64,000 nucleotides of DNA from Octopus sinensis (lineage: Eukaryota), in assembly GCF_006345805.1 (NCBI RefSeq), contig NC_043002.1, positions 106,392,001 to 106,456,000 of the forward strand, given 5' to 3'. Below the pieces are notes generated by a model. It saw only the letters and a program-made list of their open reading frames with translations, had not been told where the DNA came from and did not search any database. Of the stretch, positions 25,410 to 38,039 are shown one piece after another. The position numbers and the translations under genes were made by a program. How positions within the stretch are numbered: the stretch's first letter is position 1; each line of letters opens with the position of its first letter.

Positions 25410-25865
25410 AGCATTTTTCTAGGTCTTTTATTTGTAACATTTTCAATAAATTAGGATCTTCATATAGTTTTGTTTTATCTTACCTTTACGCAAAGGTGAC
25501 CATTACAAAAATTATTATTGGGGTCATGGTAATACCCTGTGGGAGTCTAAGGGGTAAGACGATGAAAAAGGTTAAGAACCACTGTCCTATTCGATAAAAG
25601 AAACCTGTCTATGTGTTTACACCTGCTAAAAATTTCAGATCTGGAATTAAGCAGTGTGTTGGAAATACTGGATCTGAGAAGTATATGAGATTTTTCTGCT
25701 TCGCATAAACTGCATTTCTTAGATCCATTAACATTTGGCTTAGATTTCTCCATTATTCTCCATTTAATTCTCTGTGGTGTGGGGCTGCTCTTCAAATGGC
25801 ATACGTGGCTAGCTAACTTAGTCGCATTATTTTTATCGATGTGCCGGAAAGTCAGCGTATTTTGT
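25410..25865 (-). mobile_element. Inverted 3' part of a PLE (GIY-YIG C-terminus and 3' UTR)
   Basis: Track ORF: ATKLASHV..IKWRIMEKSKP..KCSLCEAEK..LLNSRSEIFSRCKH. Confidence 0.8.
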
Positions 25866-26004
25866 TGTTTTTTAAAAATATATATAAATATATAACGCAT
25901 AAACAAAGCCTGAAAGATTGCTTGGAGATACATGGCGTATTTTATAAATATGCCTGTTCAAGTATTATAAAAGCTTGAAACTGTTAGTAGCTCTTTCGGT
26001 TGTG

Positions 26005-26099
<95 letters not shown>

Positions 26100-26107
26100 A
26101 TATTATA

Positions 26108-26445
26108 TAAGGCAGATCCCAGCTATGCCATCTAGAGCAAGGACTATGTATCTTGGGATTGAAGGACCCACAGCTATTTAACGCTATAACATTTGAGAGA
26201 TGTCCATGGAGTAGGGGTAGATGTTTCAAGAAACAACTGGACCTCCTGCTATCCAACGTCCCAAATGAAGCAATATCAAGGCAGAAGACCCAAAAGGGAG
26301 CAGCAGTGTCGAACTTCCTCCTTCTCCAAAAGCCAATCACACAAAACTGACCATTCAAAGGGTGATTACACTGGCGGTGCTCCAGTATGGCCAAAACCTT
26401 AGGGCTGAAACATATAAAAGAATAAGAGAATAAATGAAGAATAAA
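26108..26445 (+). mobile_element. CR1/L2-like LINE 3' end
   Basis: GLKDPQLFNAI..FKKQLDLLLSNVPNE resembles the CR1-type ORF2 C-terminus; tail GGCGGTGCTCCAGTATGGCC..CTGAAACA..(TAAA)n. Confidence 0.65.
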
Positions 26446-26463
26446 TAAATAAATAAATAAATA

Positions 26464-26495
<32 letters not shown>

Positions 26496-26496
<1 letters not shown>

Positions 26497-27770
26497 TGGG
26501 TTGTCCGGAAAGTTCGTGCCGATTTATAGTAGCTTACCTTTTGACTTATTTTAGAACATGGTTGAGTCCATAAAATAGGATTTGACTACACCTCCATTTA
26601 GAGCACAGTTTAAGCTATCTTTTCGTGGAAGAAGGTTTATATTCCTATAACCTGTGTTAATTCTGTAACCCATAAAAAGGGAATATAAGAAAGTTCATTT
26701 TCGGCACATGATGCTTTTCTTTTTCCTTAAAGGGAATAATGCCTCACAAGCTACCAAAGAAATATCCGCAGTTTACGGTGATGTTTCTTTATCCGAAAAA
26801 ACTGTGCGGAAGTGGTTCGCAAGGTTCCGAGCTGGAGATTGTAGCCTTATTGATAAAGAGCGATCAGGCAGACCATCCACTACAGATGATGACCAAATCA
26901 AGTCATTAATTGAGAATAACCCACATTGCACATCTCGAGAATTGGCAGAAAGCCTCAACCTATCAAAATCCGTCGTTCATGAGCACTTGGTAAAGCTTGG
27001 GTACACAAATCGCTACGATGTTTGGGTACCACATGAGTTGAATGAGAAGAACCTTTTGGATCGCATTCCCATCTGTGATTCGCTTTATAAACGGAATGAA
27101 AACGCACCTTTTTAAAAGCAAATTGTGAAAGGTGATGGGAAATGGATTATCTACCGAAATGTTCAGAGAAAGCGATCCTGGAGTAAGCGACATGAACCAC
27201 CCTTAGCCAAATGCAGGTCTTCACCCTAAAAAAGTCTTGCTTTGTGTCTGGTGGGATGGGAAAGGAATTCTGTACTATGAGCTTCTCTCAAGTAACCAGA
27301 CAATTAATTCTGAGAAATACTGCATTCAATTGGACTAGTTAAAAGCAGCAATTCAAGAGAAACGTCCAGAATTGGCCAACAGGAAGGGTGTTGTTTTCCA
27401 ACATGATAATGCAAGACCGCACATTTCTTTGGGAACCAGAAAAAAATTGCTGCAGCTCGGCTGGGATGTGTTACCCAACCATATTCACCAGATATTGCTC
27501 CTTTGGATTTCCACTTATTTAGGTCTCTGCAGAATAGTCTTAATGGTAAAAATTTCAATTCCTTGGATGACGTAAAAAGATACCTTGATGGATTCTTTGC
27601 CATGAAACCACCTCAATTCTGGGAAGAGGGTATTTTCAAGTTAAAGGAAAGATGGAGACGTATTGTGCAATAAAATGGTTCATATTTGGTTGATTAAAAA
27701 TGTAATGACAAGTATTTATTGACCTTTTCCTTTCCTTTAAAAATCGGCACGAACTTTCCGAACAACTCAA
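26496..27770 (+). mobile_element. Full-length (1275 bp) mariner DD34D element with a defective transposase
   Basis: 30-bp TIRs (2 mismatches), TA flanks. HTH region, WVPHEL, IVKGDGKW, FQHDNARPH, (H)PYSPDIAPLDFHLF. Start codon lost, several stops and two frameshifts. Confidence 0.93.
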
Positions 27771-27802
27771 TACATACATACATACATACATACATACATA
27801 CA

Positions 27803-27897
<95 letters not shown>

Positions 27898-28301
27898 ATA
27901 TATATAATATAAAAAAAAAAATCACATTGTTTATAGAACAAACATTAAATTTGGGTCAACGACTTTATATACATCACCCCTCAAATATTTAATCATATAT
28001 AAAAATCACCATGGTTTCCAAACACATAAAAATAATGCATATACATAGAATCTATACTGCTTCTTTATGTTCGTCTCATTTATATTTGAGCCCTTCTTTT
28101 GCAGTCCTATAAACCTTTTTGTTTCTGTGAAAAGGGACAAATATTATTTCTTGTTTTATATAATTAAAAATACACGTTAAGTACAGGACATCACCGGCGA
28201 GTGAAAATTACGAAAACACAGAAATATCACTAACATATACACACCACACACACACACACACACACACCACACACACACACACACACCACACACACACATA
28301 T

Positions 28302-28345
<44 letters not shown>

Positions 28346-28584
28346 ATTACATTTATGAATATATATGGAACCTCAGTCACTTGCAGTAAAATAAGATGGA
28401 GTATAGTATAAAGATAAACATCTATTTTCTCACTCTCTCTCTCTTTTTTTTCTCTCTCCCCCTTTCTCTCTATCTATCTCACGCTCTCTGATTCTATCCG
28501 GGTTCTAAGAGTAAACGTTTACTTTATAATTTGATAATTGAGGAGTTCAGTTGATGGAATAACTGCCCTCGCTCATACATTTGC

Positions 28585-28655
<71 letters not shown>

Positions 28656-28916
28656 TGTGTGTGTGTGCATGCGTGTGTTTATATATATATATATATATTT
28701 ATGTACACACACACCACACACACACACACTTGTCTATTTACATAGACGCAGACAAACATGAGTGGATATATCGAGAACGCAATCGATAGATGGTTTGCTT
28801 ATATATGGATGTCTAGATGCAGAGAGTGATAGGCAGATAAACAGGCAAGGCTATATTCATGCGGAAGGGAAGTGTTAGACATAAGCAGATACACACACCA
28901 CACAAATACACACACG

Positions 28917-28989
<73 letters not shown>

Positions 28990-29684
28990 CACACACACGG
29001 ACAGATATATGTAGTAAGATGTAATAAATAGGTAGATAAAGATACATACATACGTATGTATGTATATATGTATGTATATATGTATTCATGTATCTTTAGC
29101 TATTTATACATCTTGCTAAATACATACATACATACATACATACATACATACATACATACATACATACATACATACATACATACATACGTACATACATACA
29201 TACATACGTACATACATACATCTATATATATATACATACAGATACACACATGTATATGTATAGATAGACAAAACAATAGATATATTGACTAAGAGTCAGG
29301 CTAGTTTCTTCTGATAGATGAAAACAGGATATCCGGTTAAAGAAAAAAGAAACGAAAAAAAAGAACATTACATAGGGCTATACTGGCGCCACATAGCGGG
29401 AGATTGTGTTTTAATATAACTTTATAATATTATCATGGATCACTGCTTGTCAAATGTTGCATAAATATGGAGCTTGAAGCCAACTTAATCTTTCTCTTTT
29501 TTTCTCTTCTCTCCCCTTCATCTTGCTCTCCATACTCTCTCTCACACACACATTACACAACACACTATGTTCACTGACATATTAACACATATGCACTTTT
29601 TCTCTTGTTTGCTCATCCACAGTCACACATGCATGCCTATATACATACACACATGTATATATATATATATATATTATATATATA

Positions 29685-29724
<40 letters not shown>

Positions 29725-29756
29725 TATATATATATAATATATACATATATATATAC

Positions 29757-29814
<58 letters not shown>

Positions 29815-29849
29815 ATAGTACACATACACGCACACACACGTATTTATAT

Positions 29850-30840
29850 GTTGACTGTTGCTCTGAAGTTATGTCAAAGGTTGGCTTTTCAAATTGCGTT
29901 GGATTTTAAGAATTTGGACATATAAATCTCCATAATTTTTTAGAAGATGGAGGTAATTGGTTAAGTAATGGGCGAGGTTGGGAGGTTGAGCAAGTGTGAA
30001 AGCCAGCCAATAGGAAAGACCAGGATTTGACAATAGTCAGTGATTGGTGGATCTAAAAAAATGAATAATACGATGTCTATTGTCAGGATGCATGTGAGAA
30101 ATGTATATATGCAGAGGGGCTAACAAGAAATTGTAAAGGGTCTTAGAATGTTTGTAAGGCCAAACCTTCAACTCCAAAATAATTAAGATTTGAAATCTTG
30201 AAAGAAGCTGTGTACACCGTAACGAATTGAATTAAATGAAATTCGAACAAAATACTTTGTGTCTTGGGTATAAGTTTAAACTTCTTCCGGTCGTAGGACC
30301 CTGGTTCGTAGCTTCTAGGGTTTTGAGGAGTGTGGAACCACCTTTTAGTCACTATTCGTCCCAGGTCAGAATAATAGCACCCGTTAGGGTTATGGCTAAA
30401 GATTAATTTGCATGTCACGGAATTACCTCCGGATGAAGGTCACTTACAGACAGCCCAGAAGATCCTTCAGAACTTTAGCTGCTCATCTAAGAGCACCAGA
30501 CCAATACAAGTTTAAAGGACAAAAACGTGGAATTGGCTCTGCACAAACCATACACACTGTTATGATAAACTCCAGTTGTCTTATGGAGGTATTTATTGGG
30601 CATTTAAAAAAGGATAAGGGAGTGAATCTCTACAGGAAGTCCAAAATGAGGGACCCCAAGGCAGGTATTTAAGGTTATACTTATCCAATTCCCATGCGGT
30701 TCCATGGATGCTGCGAACATATTTACTAGTCTTTCCTTTCTGGCTTATCCATGAGTAGAGCGATGGTAAGTGTACATGGAACTAGGCATTAGCTTCAAGA
30801 AACAGTCCAGCAGAAGTGGTTAAATAACTGTCTTTGCAAT
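29850..30840 (-). mobile_element. Highly decayed Penelope-like RT/EN remnant
   Basis: Minus strand has a frameshifted IHGTAMG-like RT motif and a patchy downstream ORF; no intact frame. Confidence 0.45.
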
Positions 30841-30899
30841 ACCATCATTTAACGACGACAAAAGGCCAGCCAAGAGGGACAGGGGAAGAATTCAACTAA

Positions 30900-31450
30900 A
30901 TTTAGAAATCTAGTAGGATTATCTATTTTAAACTCTTTATACGAGAAAATTCTCTTTGTGTGTGGCTTATGTAGCGGTAATAATTTGTTATTCTTAGGAA
31001 CTTTAACCTACAAATCTCTGATTGATTTCATGAGAACCTTCACAAGTTTTTTTTTTAAGAAGGCTATAACACTTCCGTCGAAAGTAGTTAATGTCTTTGA
31101 TGTTATTTTACATGTAGATAACTTAAACTATGACCCCTACGAACAAAGCTCTAATATGACTATAAATCTTCTAACCATTCTAAAAGTAAAAACATGTCTT
31201 TAAGGCTGCCTTTGTTATCGTCTGATGAACGGATATTTAATGAGAGATCGTAATATTTTAATAAAGCTGGTAGAAGAAAGAACATTTCTAATGAAGTAAA
31301 ATACAATCTGAGTATTGGACAGCATTTGCTAATTCCCGAGGAGTGTGCTTTGAACTTTCTTCAAATACAGTTTGTAGAATTTCAGTTTAGTAGGACTTGT
31401 TTGTCCAGATCGAAGGGAGTCTCCGACAGAAAAAATTCCTGAGTGAAACC
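30900..31450 (+). mobile_element. Decayed PLE fragment
   Basis: VNVFDVILHVDNLNYDPY resembles the VNFLDVTLxLxxxxYxPY block; SIGQHLL resembles the GIY-YIG region. Confidence 0.4.
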
Positions 31451-31629
31451 ATCATCGGTTGCCTGGAGTACTCCACAAAGAAAAAAAGAGCTCAGGAATA
31501 TACTCTCAAAGTGATCATGTCAAAAATGAGACAAGACTTTCGTTCCTGTACATACATACATACATACATACATACATACATACATACATACATACATACA
31601 TACATACATACATACATACATACAAAAAA

Positions 31630-32334
31630 AACAGTGACCGACAATGTTGATTATGTCATATTTCATGGAAGACATCACACATGTGATTAGCAGCTCCCAA
31701 AAATGTCACCAAGCTATTACTTCCTTATGCGATACAACGTTGTCGCAAATACAATGTACAACGTCACCCGGAAAAAAAAAGATGTCCTGGAATAAATACA
31801 GAGAATCCACCTGCTATTGAGGACATACACAAACATCCACACATGGAATACTGGTGGAACATTCTCATCAAGACATCTATCAAATGAAAGCATAACAAGC
31901 CAGATATTGTGGTTTGGGATAGACGAAAAAAAGTATGTACCGTCATAGCGGTCAGCTGCCCTGCTGATGTGAATATCTCTTTTGAAATCAGAGAGAAAGA
32001 AGATAACTATGGACAATTGCTTTGAAACCTCCAGCTTCTATATCCGGATTAGAAAATTACATTTATACCAATAATAATAGGAGTTTTTGGTTTTGTAAGT
32101 AAATGCTTAAATGTTAGGTGGATAAGCTAGGATTTTCACAAAAAAATCAGCCGACCAACCTTCATATTACAAATATAATTTGTAAGCGGAACAGTAAAAA
32201 TATGCAAGACTTTCCTCAAATTTAAAATGTGACATTGTTTTTGTTATCTACATTCCAAAGATGGAGCTTTGTATCTTTGTTAGAGACTAGCTCCTTCCTC
32301 AGAGCAAGAATTTGCATAATTAGAAACAAAAGAG

Positions 32335-32335
<1 letters not shown>
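31630..32335 (+). mobile_element. 5'-truncated R4-like REL-LINE with a (CA)n tail
   Basis: EDITHVISSSQKM, EYWWNILIKTSIK*KHNKPDIVVWD, VSCPADVNI, FIPIIIG, SGTVKICKTFLKF. Preceded by (CATA)n and followed by (CA)n. Confidence 0.8.
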
Positions 32336-32427
<92 letters not shown>

Positions 32428-32479
32428 TCTTTTCTCAATGCTGGTGCTGCTCGCTTTCTCAAGAGTTGGATTTGTGAAC

Positions 32480-32776
32480 TACCTAAGTTCTCATGAACCA
32501 AGGAAAGATGAAGCAGCCTGCGAGATGGTTCTGCTTCCACGTTCCCTGCAACACATTTGCAATGAGTGTGGCTTAATTTGAAAGTCAGCTGGTGGCCTGA
32601 CCAGGTATGGCAAAATACATGAAGTTACAACTCAGCTGTTGGTGCGAGGAGAAGACAGATAATTCCAAGTTTAGAACTGTGAACGAGATTGCAGAAAGGG
32701 AGCGCAGCTGAAGAGACACCAGCGTACAGATGGGCTCCAATGAAAGAACGGCAATATTCTGACAAGAAGGAGCAGT

Positions 32777-32778
<2 letters not shown>
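32480..32778 (+). mobile_element. Probable RTE-type LINE 3' end with two decayed C2H2 zinc fingers
   Basis: HICNECGLI*KSAGGLTRYGKIH and *NCERDCRKGAQLKRHQRT, followed by a (CA)n tail. Confidence 0.55.
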
Positions 32779-32862
<84 letters not shown>

Positions 32863-33403
32863 TGGATACGTAGATAGACACCCACATCATAGTTTTCTTT
32901 TACGAACGTTTATATGCATGTGTGTGTGTGTGTGTGGTGTGTGTGTGTGTGTGTGTGTGTGCATATATGAATGCACACTGTGTGTCTGTGTGTCTGTGAT
33001 ATTAAAATATGTTTGATTTATTAACTGAAACTTGTATTCAGACTGTATTAGCTGAATTTCATCGCAACATCTCTGTCTTTGAAGTGAGCAAGTTTACCCC
33101 TGGCTAAGACATCATTCTATGAAAAGAGGACCATGAACTGGAAAAGTATGTAAACAATATGTCCACCAGTTTGTTGTAGTCTCCACGCTACACACAACAG
33201 CACTGTTTACTTTTACATAAACCATAATTTCATCGGTGGTGCTTTGTGACTCACCACAGTTAATTAACTAAGGAAACTGATCTTTTTTGTGAAGGAATAC
33301 AAGAACGCGAAAAGACGAAACAACATGGAATTAGATCCTTTGACCAATGATTCAGCTTTCCAAACGGCTTTACTAGCGGTAAATGGTTGATATATCGAGA
33401 AAT

Positions 33404-33612
33404 TACTCTTTACTCTTTTACTTGTTTCAGTCATTTGACTGCGGCCATGCTGGAGCACCGCCTTCAGTCGAGCAACTCGACCCCGGGACTTATTCTTTTG
33501 TAAGCCCAGTACTTATTCTATCGGTCTCTTTTTGCCGAGCCGCTAAGTGACGGGGACGTAAACACACCAGCATTGGTTGTCAAGCAATGCTAGGGGAACA
33601 AACACAGACACA

Positions 33613-33656
<44 letters not shown>

Positions 33657-33818
33657 CGACAGGCTTCTTTCAGTTTCCGTCTACCAAATCCCCTCACAAG
33701 GCATTGGTCGGCCAGGGCTATAGCAGAAGACACTTGCCCAAGATGCCACGCAGTGGGACTGAACCCGGAACCATGTGGTTGGTTAGCAAGCTACTTACCA
33801 CACAGCCACTCCTGCGCC
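33404..33818 (-). mobile_element. tRNA-derived SINE family 1, full length
   Basis: Reverse complement of the family 1 consensus. Confidence 0.88.
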
Positions 33819-34322
33819 TATAACGACAAAATCTTAATGAATGCAACAAATCTATGTTGTATTACGTCACAAACTAATCCCAGATATATTGCCAAAAGTC
33901 TGAATCGACGATGTGATTTACATCAGCTAATGTGTTTAATTAATGGCTCAATATTTATTGATGTATTATTTATGGTACTTATGTATTTAACATGTAAATG
34001 TCAACTGGAATTTCTTCGTCCAATATCATTAAGCAAAAGCAAGGAAATCAGAAAACAAAATAGCAACAAACATTGAAATAATTATCAATACCACCAACAT
34101 GAATGGATTTATTTTAATGTAGGTGATGTCGCATCTCACCGAAGGCTTGACATTCAGACGATGGTTTAACCTTCTCACCAATGAAATGACAACAAAAATA
34201 CAATCGCAATAAAATAAAGAAATGAAGAAAAAGTTTATGACAAATTTGTAAAAATGCCCTAAAACTTTGTATTTGTTATTTAATGTAAAACAAAATTACA
34301 TTTATAAATCTCCGAACGAGAT

Positions 34323-35048
34323 GTAAACAGTAACCGCTCGACAACGTAAAGTGTACTAGCCATCTGAATGTGGCTAGCCACTGGGGGTGGGTGTTACTGA
34401 CGCTTTTAGCCCCAGGAGATCGACGTCTCCAGCTGGCCTTAGACACAATTTCTGTGCCCTTGTGATATTTGCAAAGGGAGGTCATCGTACGTACTTAAAT
34501 AGTTATAGCTTCCTTTATATCCTTTCCTATGTTTGCCGAGCTCTCAGCAAGTGGCCGGGTCGCTGTGATTTAATTACACCTAACAGTCCAAGAAGCTGTC
34601 AGGAAATGATACTCAAATGAATCTGCACCAATCACAGGTCACAGCCTGTCACTCATTTTATCTATCAGTCATAGGCCAGCATCAGACCTCAGTCCACCAG
34701 TTAGTCCATCTAACTAGCTGTAATAAGTGTCAGGTTAATGTAGCTCAGTTTCAAACCGCAATCTCCAAATCAGTTCACCCATTTGTCCAGAATGCGTTCT
34801 AGTTCAATGTGATTCAATTTATGTTTAAACCGCGGAACCCAGCCAGTCAACCAATTTCCTTGAGTCTCCGTCACAGGTAACAGCTCAGTACGATTCCTTC
34901 TCAGACTATAATCAACTTAACCATCAGTTATAACGTAGCAGAACGATTTAATTCAGTCTCTGAAACATTTCACCAATCAGACCCCCTGGCTGTTTCTAAC
35001 ACATCTCAGACGAACGTATCTCAAAGCACATTCCACCTGGATGTTACA
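34323..35048. mobile_element. Possible solo LTR
   Basis: Unique, less AT-biased block bounded by TGTAAACA..TGTTACA; no target-site duplication found. Confidence 0.25.
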
Positions 35049-35049
35049 A

Positions 35050-35275
35050 ATACTATTTTTTTTCTAATTTTGGCGCAAGGCTAGTAATTTTAAGGGCAGG
35101 GGCAAGCTGATTAGATCTATTCCAGTATTCAACTGGTACTTATTTTATCGACCCCGAAAGGATGAAAAAAAAAAAAGTCAGCCTTTGCTGCATTTGAACC
35201 CAAACGGAAAGAATGGGAAGGAATAACGCCAAGCATTCTGTCTGATGTGTTAACGATTTTGCCCGCTCGCCATAT
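35050..35275 (-). mobile_element. SINE (family related to 8097-8200)
   Basis: TACTTATTTTATCGACCCCGAAAGGATGAAA..TTTGAACCC..GCTCGCC, with a tRNA-like head at the right end. Confidence 0.55.
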
Positions 35276-36148
35276 TTTATCAGAAACAGGCCCCACATCG
35301 ATGTGGTTCGGCTCCTGACACAGTCCACCTTGTTGTCACTATTATGTTCACTAAATATGATTAAACTTTATTCTGCGTTGTTCTGTTACCGTATGTTCTA
35401 CTCGATGCGCTTTACGCTGATCAGTAAGTGTCCAGTCAGAGTGTTGTGTTGGTGTGTTTCTGTGTTGGCGCTGTCGAGTGTGTGTGTGTGACAATGTGAC
35501 AGTGTGTATGTGTATGGATATGTGGCGTGCCAATGTGTGTGTGTATGCGTGTGTGTGTGTGTATGTGTATAGTTGCATGTGTGTGTTGATGAATATGTTT
35601 TTTTTTAAGCATGAGAGTAATAATCTGTGCGTGCATAAGTGTATATATATCGGTTTGTATGTGCGTATGCGTGTGTGTGTATGAAAATGATTGCATGCGT
35701 GTGTACGTGCGTGCGCGAGTATGTGTGTGTGTGTGTATATGTATGTACTTATATCAATATTTTTCAATTCCCCATCTATTCGGAAATTTTGCATTATGTT
35801 GTGCAAGGGAAATTACTCTGTTAAAAACTATTTGATTGTCTCCCTTACATATAGTCAACAGAGAAAGTTGAAGTGTCTGCAGTGGAGAATTAAATATGGT
35901 ACACATTCCGAGAATAAACACTATATCCCTTCCCTTTCGCTCTGTCTCTTTCTCTCTCTCTGTCTCACTCTCCCTCTATCCATCTGTCTATCTATCTACT
36001 AGCATATATGTGTGTATGCATAAGTGTATGTATGTTAAGTGTATGCATAAGTGTATGTATGTATGTTATACATACATAAGTGTATGTATGTATGTATGTT
36101 TGTATGTATGTATGTATGTATGTATGTATGTATGTATGTATGTATGTA

Positions 36149-36650
36149 TGCATGGTCGGGTCGTCGGCGACTAAACTGGCAACCCCACCATGCTCGCTTG
36201 GTGAGGAGGGTGTTTATTGGACACCCTGCGGGATGAAAAACAAAACCCGTCACGTCAAAAGGCGGAGGAACTCTTGAGAGTCAACGGCCATCCAATAAAT
36301 GTCTTAAGGCTGTATCATGCGCGGGGACATAGAAATAATTGGACTGAATACCCGATCGCGCGGTTAAACCATTGGGAGTGAAAGACTCCTAGCCTTTGTT
36401 AGGGCATCCTTCTAGGAGAAGGTAACTCAGGTAACTGGAATAACTCCGACATAAAACCTGCGGCTCAGTGTTTACCGATGATGTTGACTTGTTCTTCTTT
36501 TGGGATTAGGGCTGCTGTTGCTTAGTGAGTGGGATTGACTCAGTGCACAGCCTTTACTCACTTAAAAAAAAATCTTCTTGCACAGTCATTGCACGATAAC
36601 AACATTGATTAAGCTTCGTGCAATGGCCATACTCGATAACGAGGGGGCAG
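36149..36650 (+). mobile_element. RTE-clade LINE 5' UTR with the 3' half of an HDV-like ribozyme
   Basis: Homologous to 57620-57920 (GACTAAACTGG..CCCC; CCAxTGGGAGTGA..TAGCxTTTGTTA..CTAGxAGAAxG); contains CTAGGAGAAGGTAACTC, typical of RTE UTRs. Confidence 0.55.
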
Positions 36651-36656
36651 CCACCA

Positions 36657-37136
36657 TGTATGTTATGTTATGTATGTATGTATGTATGTATGTATGTATG
36701 TATGTATGTATGTATGTATGTATGTATGTATGTATGTTATGTATGTATGTATGTTATGTATGTATGTATGTATGTATGTTATGTATGTATGTATGTATGT
36801 ATGTTATGTATGTATGTTATGTATGTATATATGTATGTATGTATGGATGTATGTGTATATGTATGTATGCATGCATGAATGCATGTGTGTATGCATGTAT
36901 GCATGTATGCATGTATGTATGTATGTATGTATGAATGTATGTATGAATGTATGTATGTGTATATGTGTATATATGTATGTATGTATGTGTGTGTGTATGT
37001 ATGTATATATGTATGTATGTGTGTGTATGCATGTATGCATGTATGCATGCATTATGTATGCATGTATGCATGTATGTATGTATGTGTGTATGTATGTATG
37101 TATGTATATGTGTGTGTGTGTATGCATGTATGCATG

Positions 37137-37170
<34 letters not shown>

Positions 37171-37545
37171 TGTATACATGCATGTATGTATGCATGTATC
37201 CATGCATGTATGTATTATGTATGTATGTATGTATGTGTATGTATGTATGTATGTATGTATGTGTGTGTGTATGTATTTATGTATACGTGTATATATGTAC
37301 GTGTGTATGTATGTATGTATTATGCATGTGTGTGTATGTATGTGTATGTATGTATGTATGTATGTGTGTATGTATGTATGTGTGTATGTATGTATGTATG
37401 TATGTATGTATGTGTGTGTATGTATGTATTATGTATGTATGTGTGTGTGTATGTATGTCTGTATGTATGTATGTATGTATGTATGTATGTATGTATGTAT
37501 GTGTCTGTATGTATATATGTATGTATATGTGTGTGTGTGTGTATT

Positions 37546-37610
<65 letters not shown>

Positions 37611-37660
37611 ATGTATGTATGTATGTATGTATGTATGTATGTATGTATGTATGTATGTGT
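36657..37660. repeat. ~1-kb degenerate (TATG)n array with (TGTC)n block
   Basis: Directly visible; source of the MYVC/HTYI ORFs. Confidence 0.95.
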
Positions 37661-38039
37661 CTCAGTCACTTGTGCATTACTCAGAAGAAAAAAAGGACGT
37701 GTTAAATGGCGAATTTATAATTGTATAGTATCGAGTAATACTTTCTTTGTTTTGCTTTCGAATCGGTGAGGAAGTTAGCGTTATTTTCACGTCTACTGTT
37801 GCATTTGGCAATACTGATGACTTTCCAGATTTTCTAGTCGGAATCATAAAGCTCTTTAATGCACTTTTGGTTAGTTTTGTTGTGAACAAGACTGAAACAT
37901 AAAAAAAAGAAAAAGGAAAAACAACGAAGGAAAAGTTTTCTGAGAGGAGAAGCAGAGTTGCTTCCCATTGTACCATTCTAGCTACTGCCGAAGCAGGTCG
38001 GTTGTGCTCGCATAAATGTTTTCCGTTCTCTAGTCCGCA

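Noticed and set aside
25940-25992. CTGTTCAAG..CTTGAAAC..GTA next to the PLE
   Set aside because: Core G8 is missing and stem I is only 2 bp; too weak to call.
29384-29399. CTCF-like motifs (CCGCTATGTGGCGCCA here; GCAGAGGGCGCTG at 47501-47513, minus strand)
   Set aside because: Each has mismatches at core positions; single motif hits are not evidence of binding without ChIP data.
36670-37769. 250-350-aa MYVC/HTYI ORFs (also 45388-46310, 51333-51884)
   Set aside because: Stop-free tetranucleotide or dinucleotide repeats.
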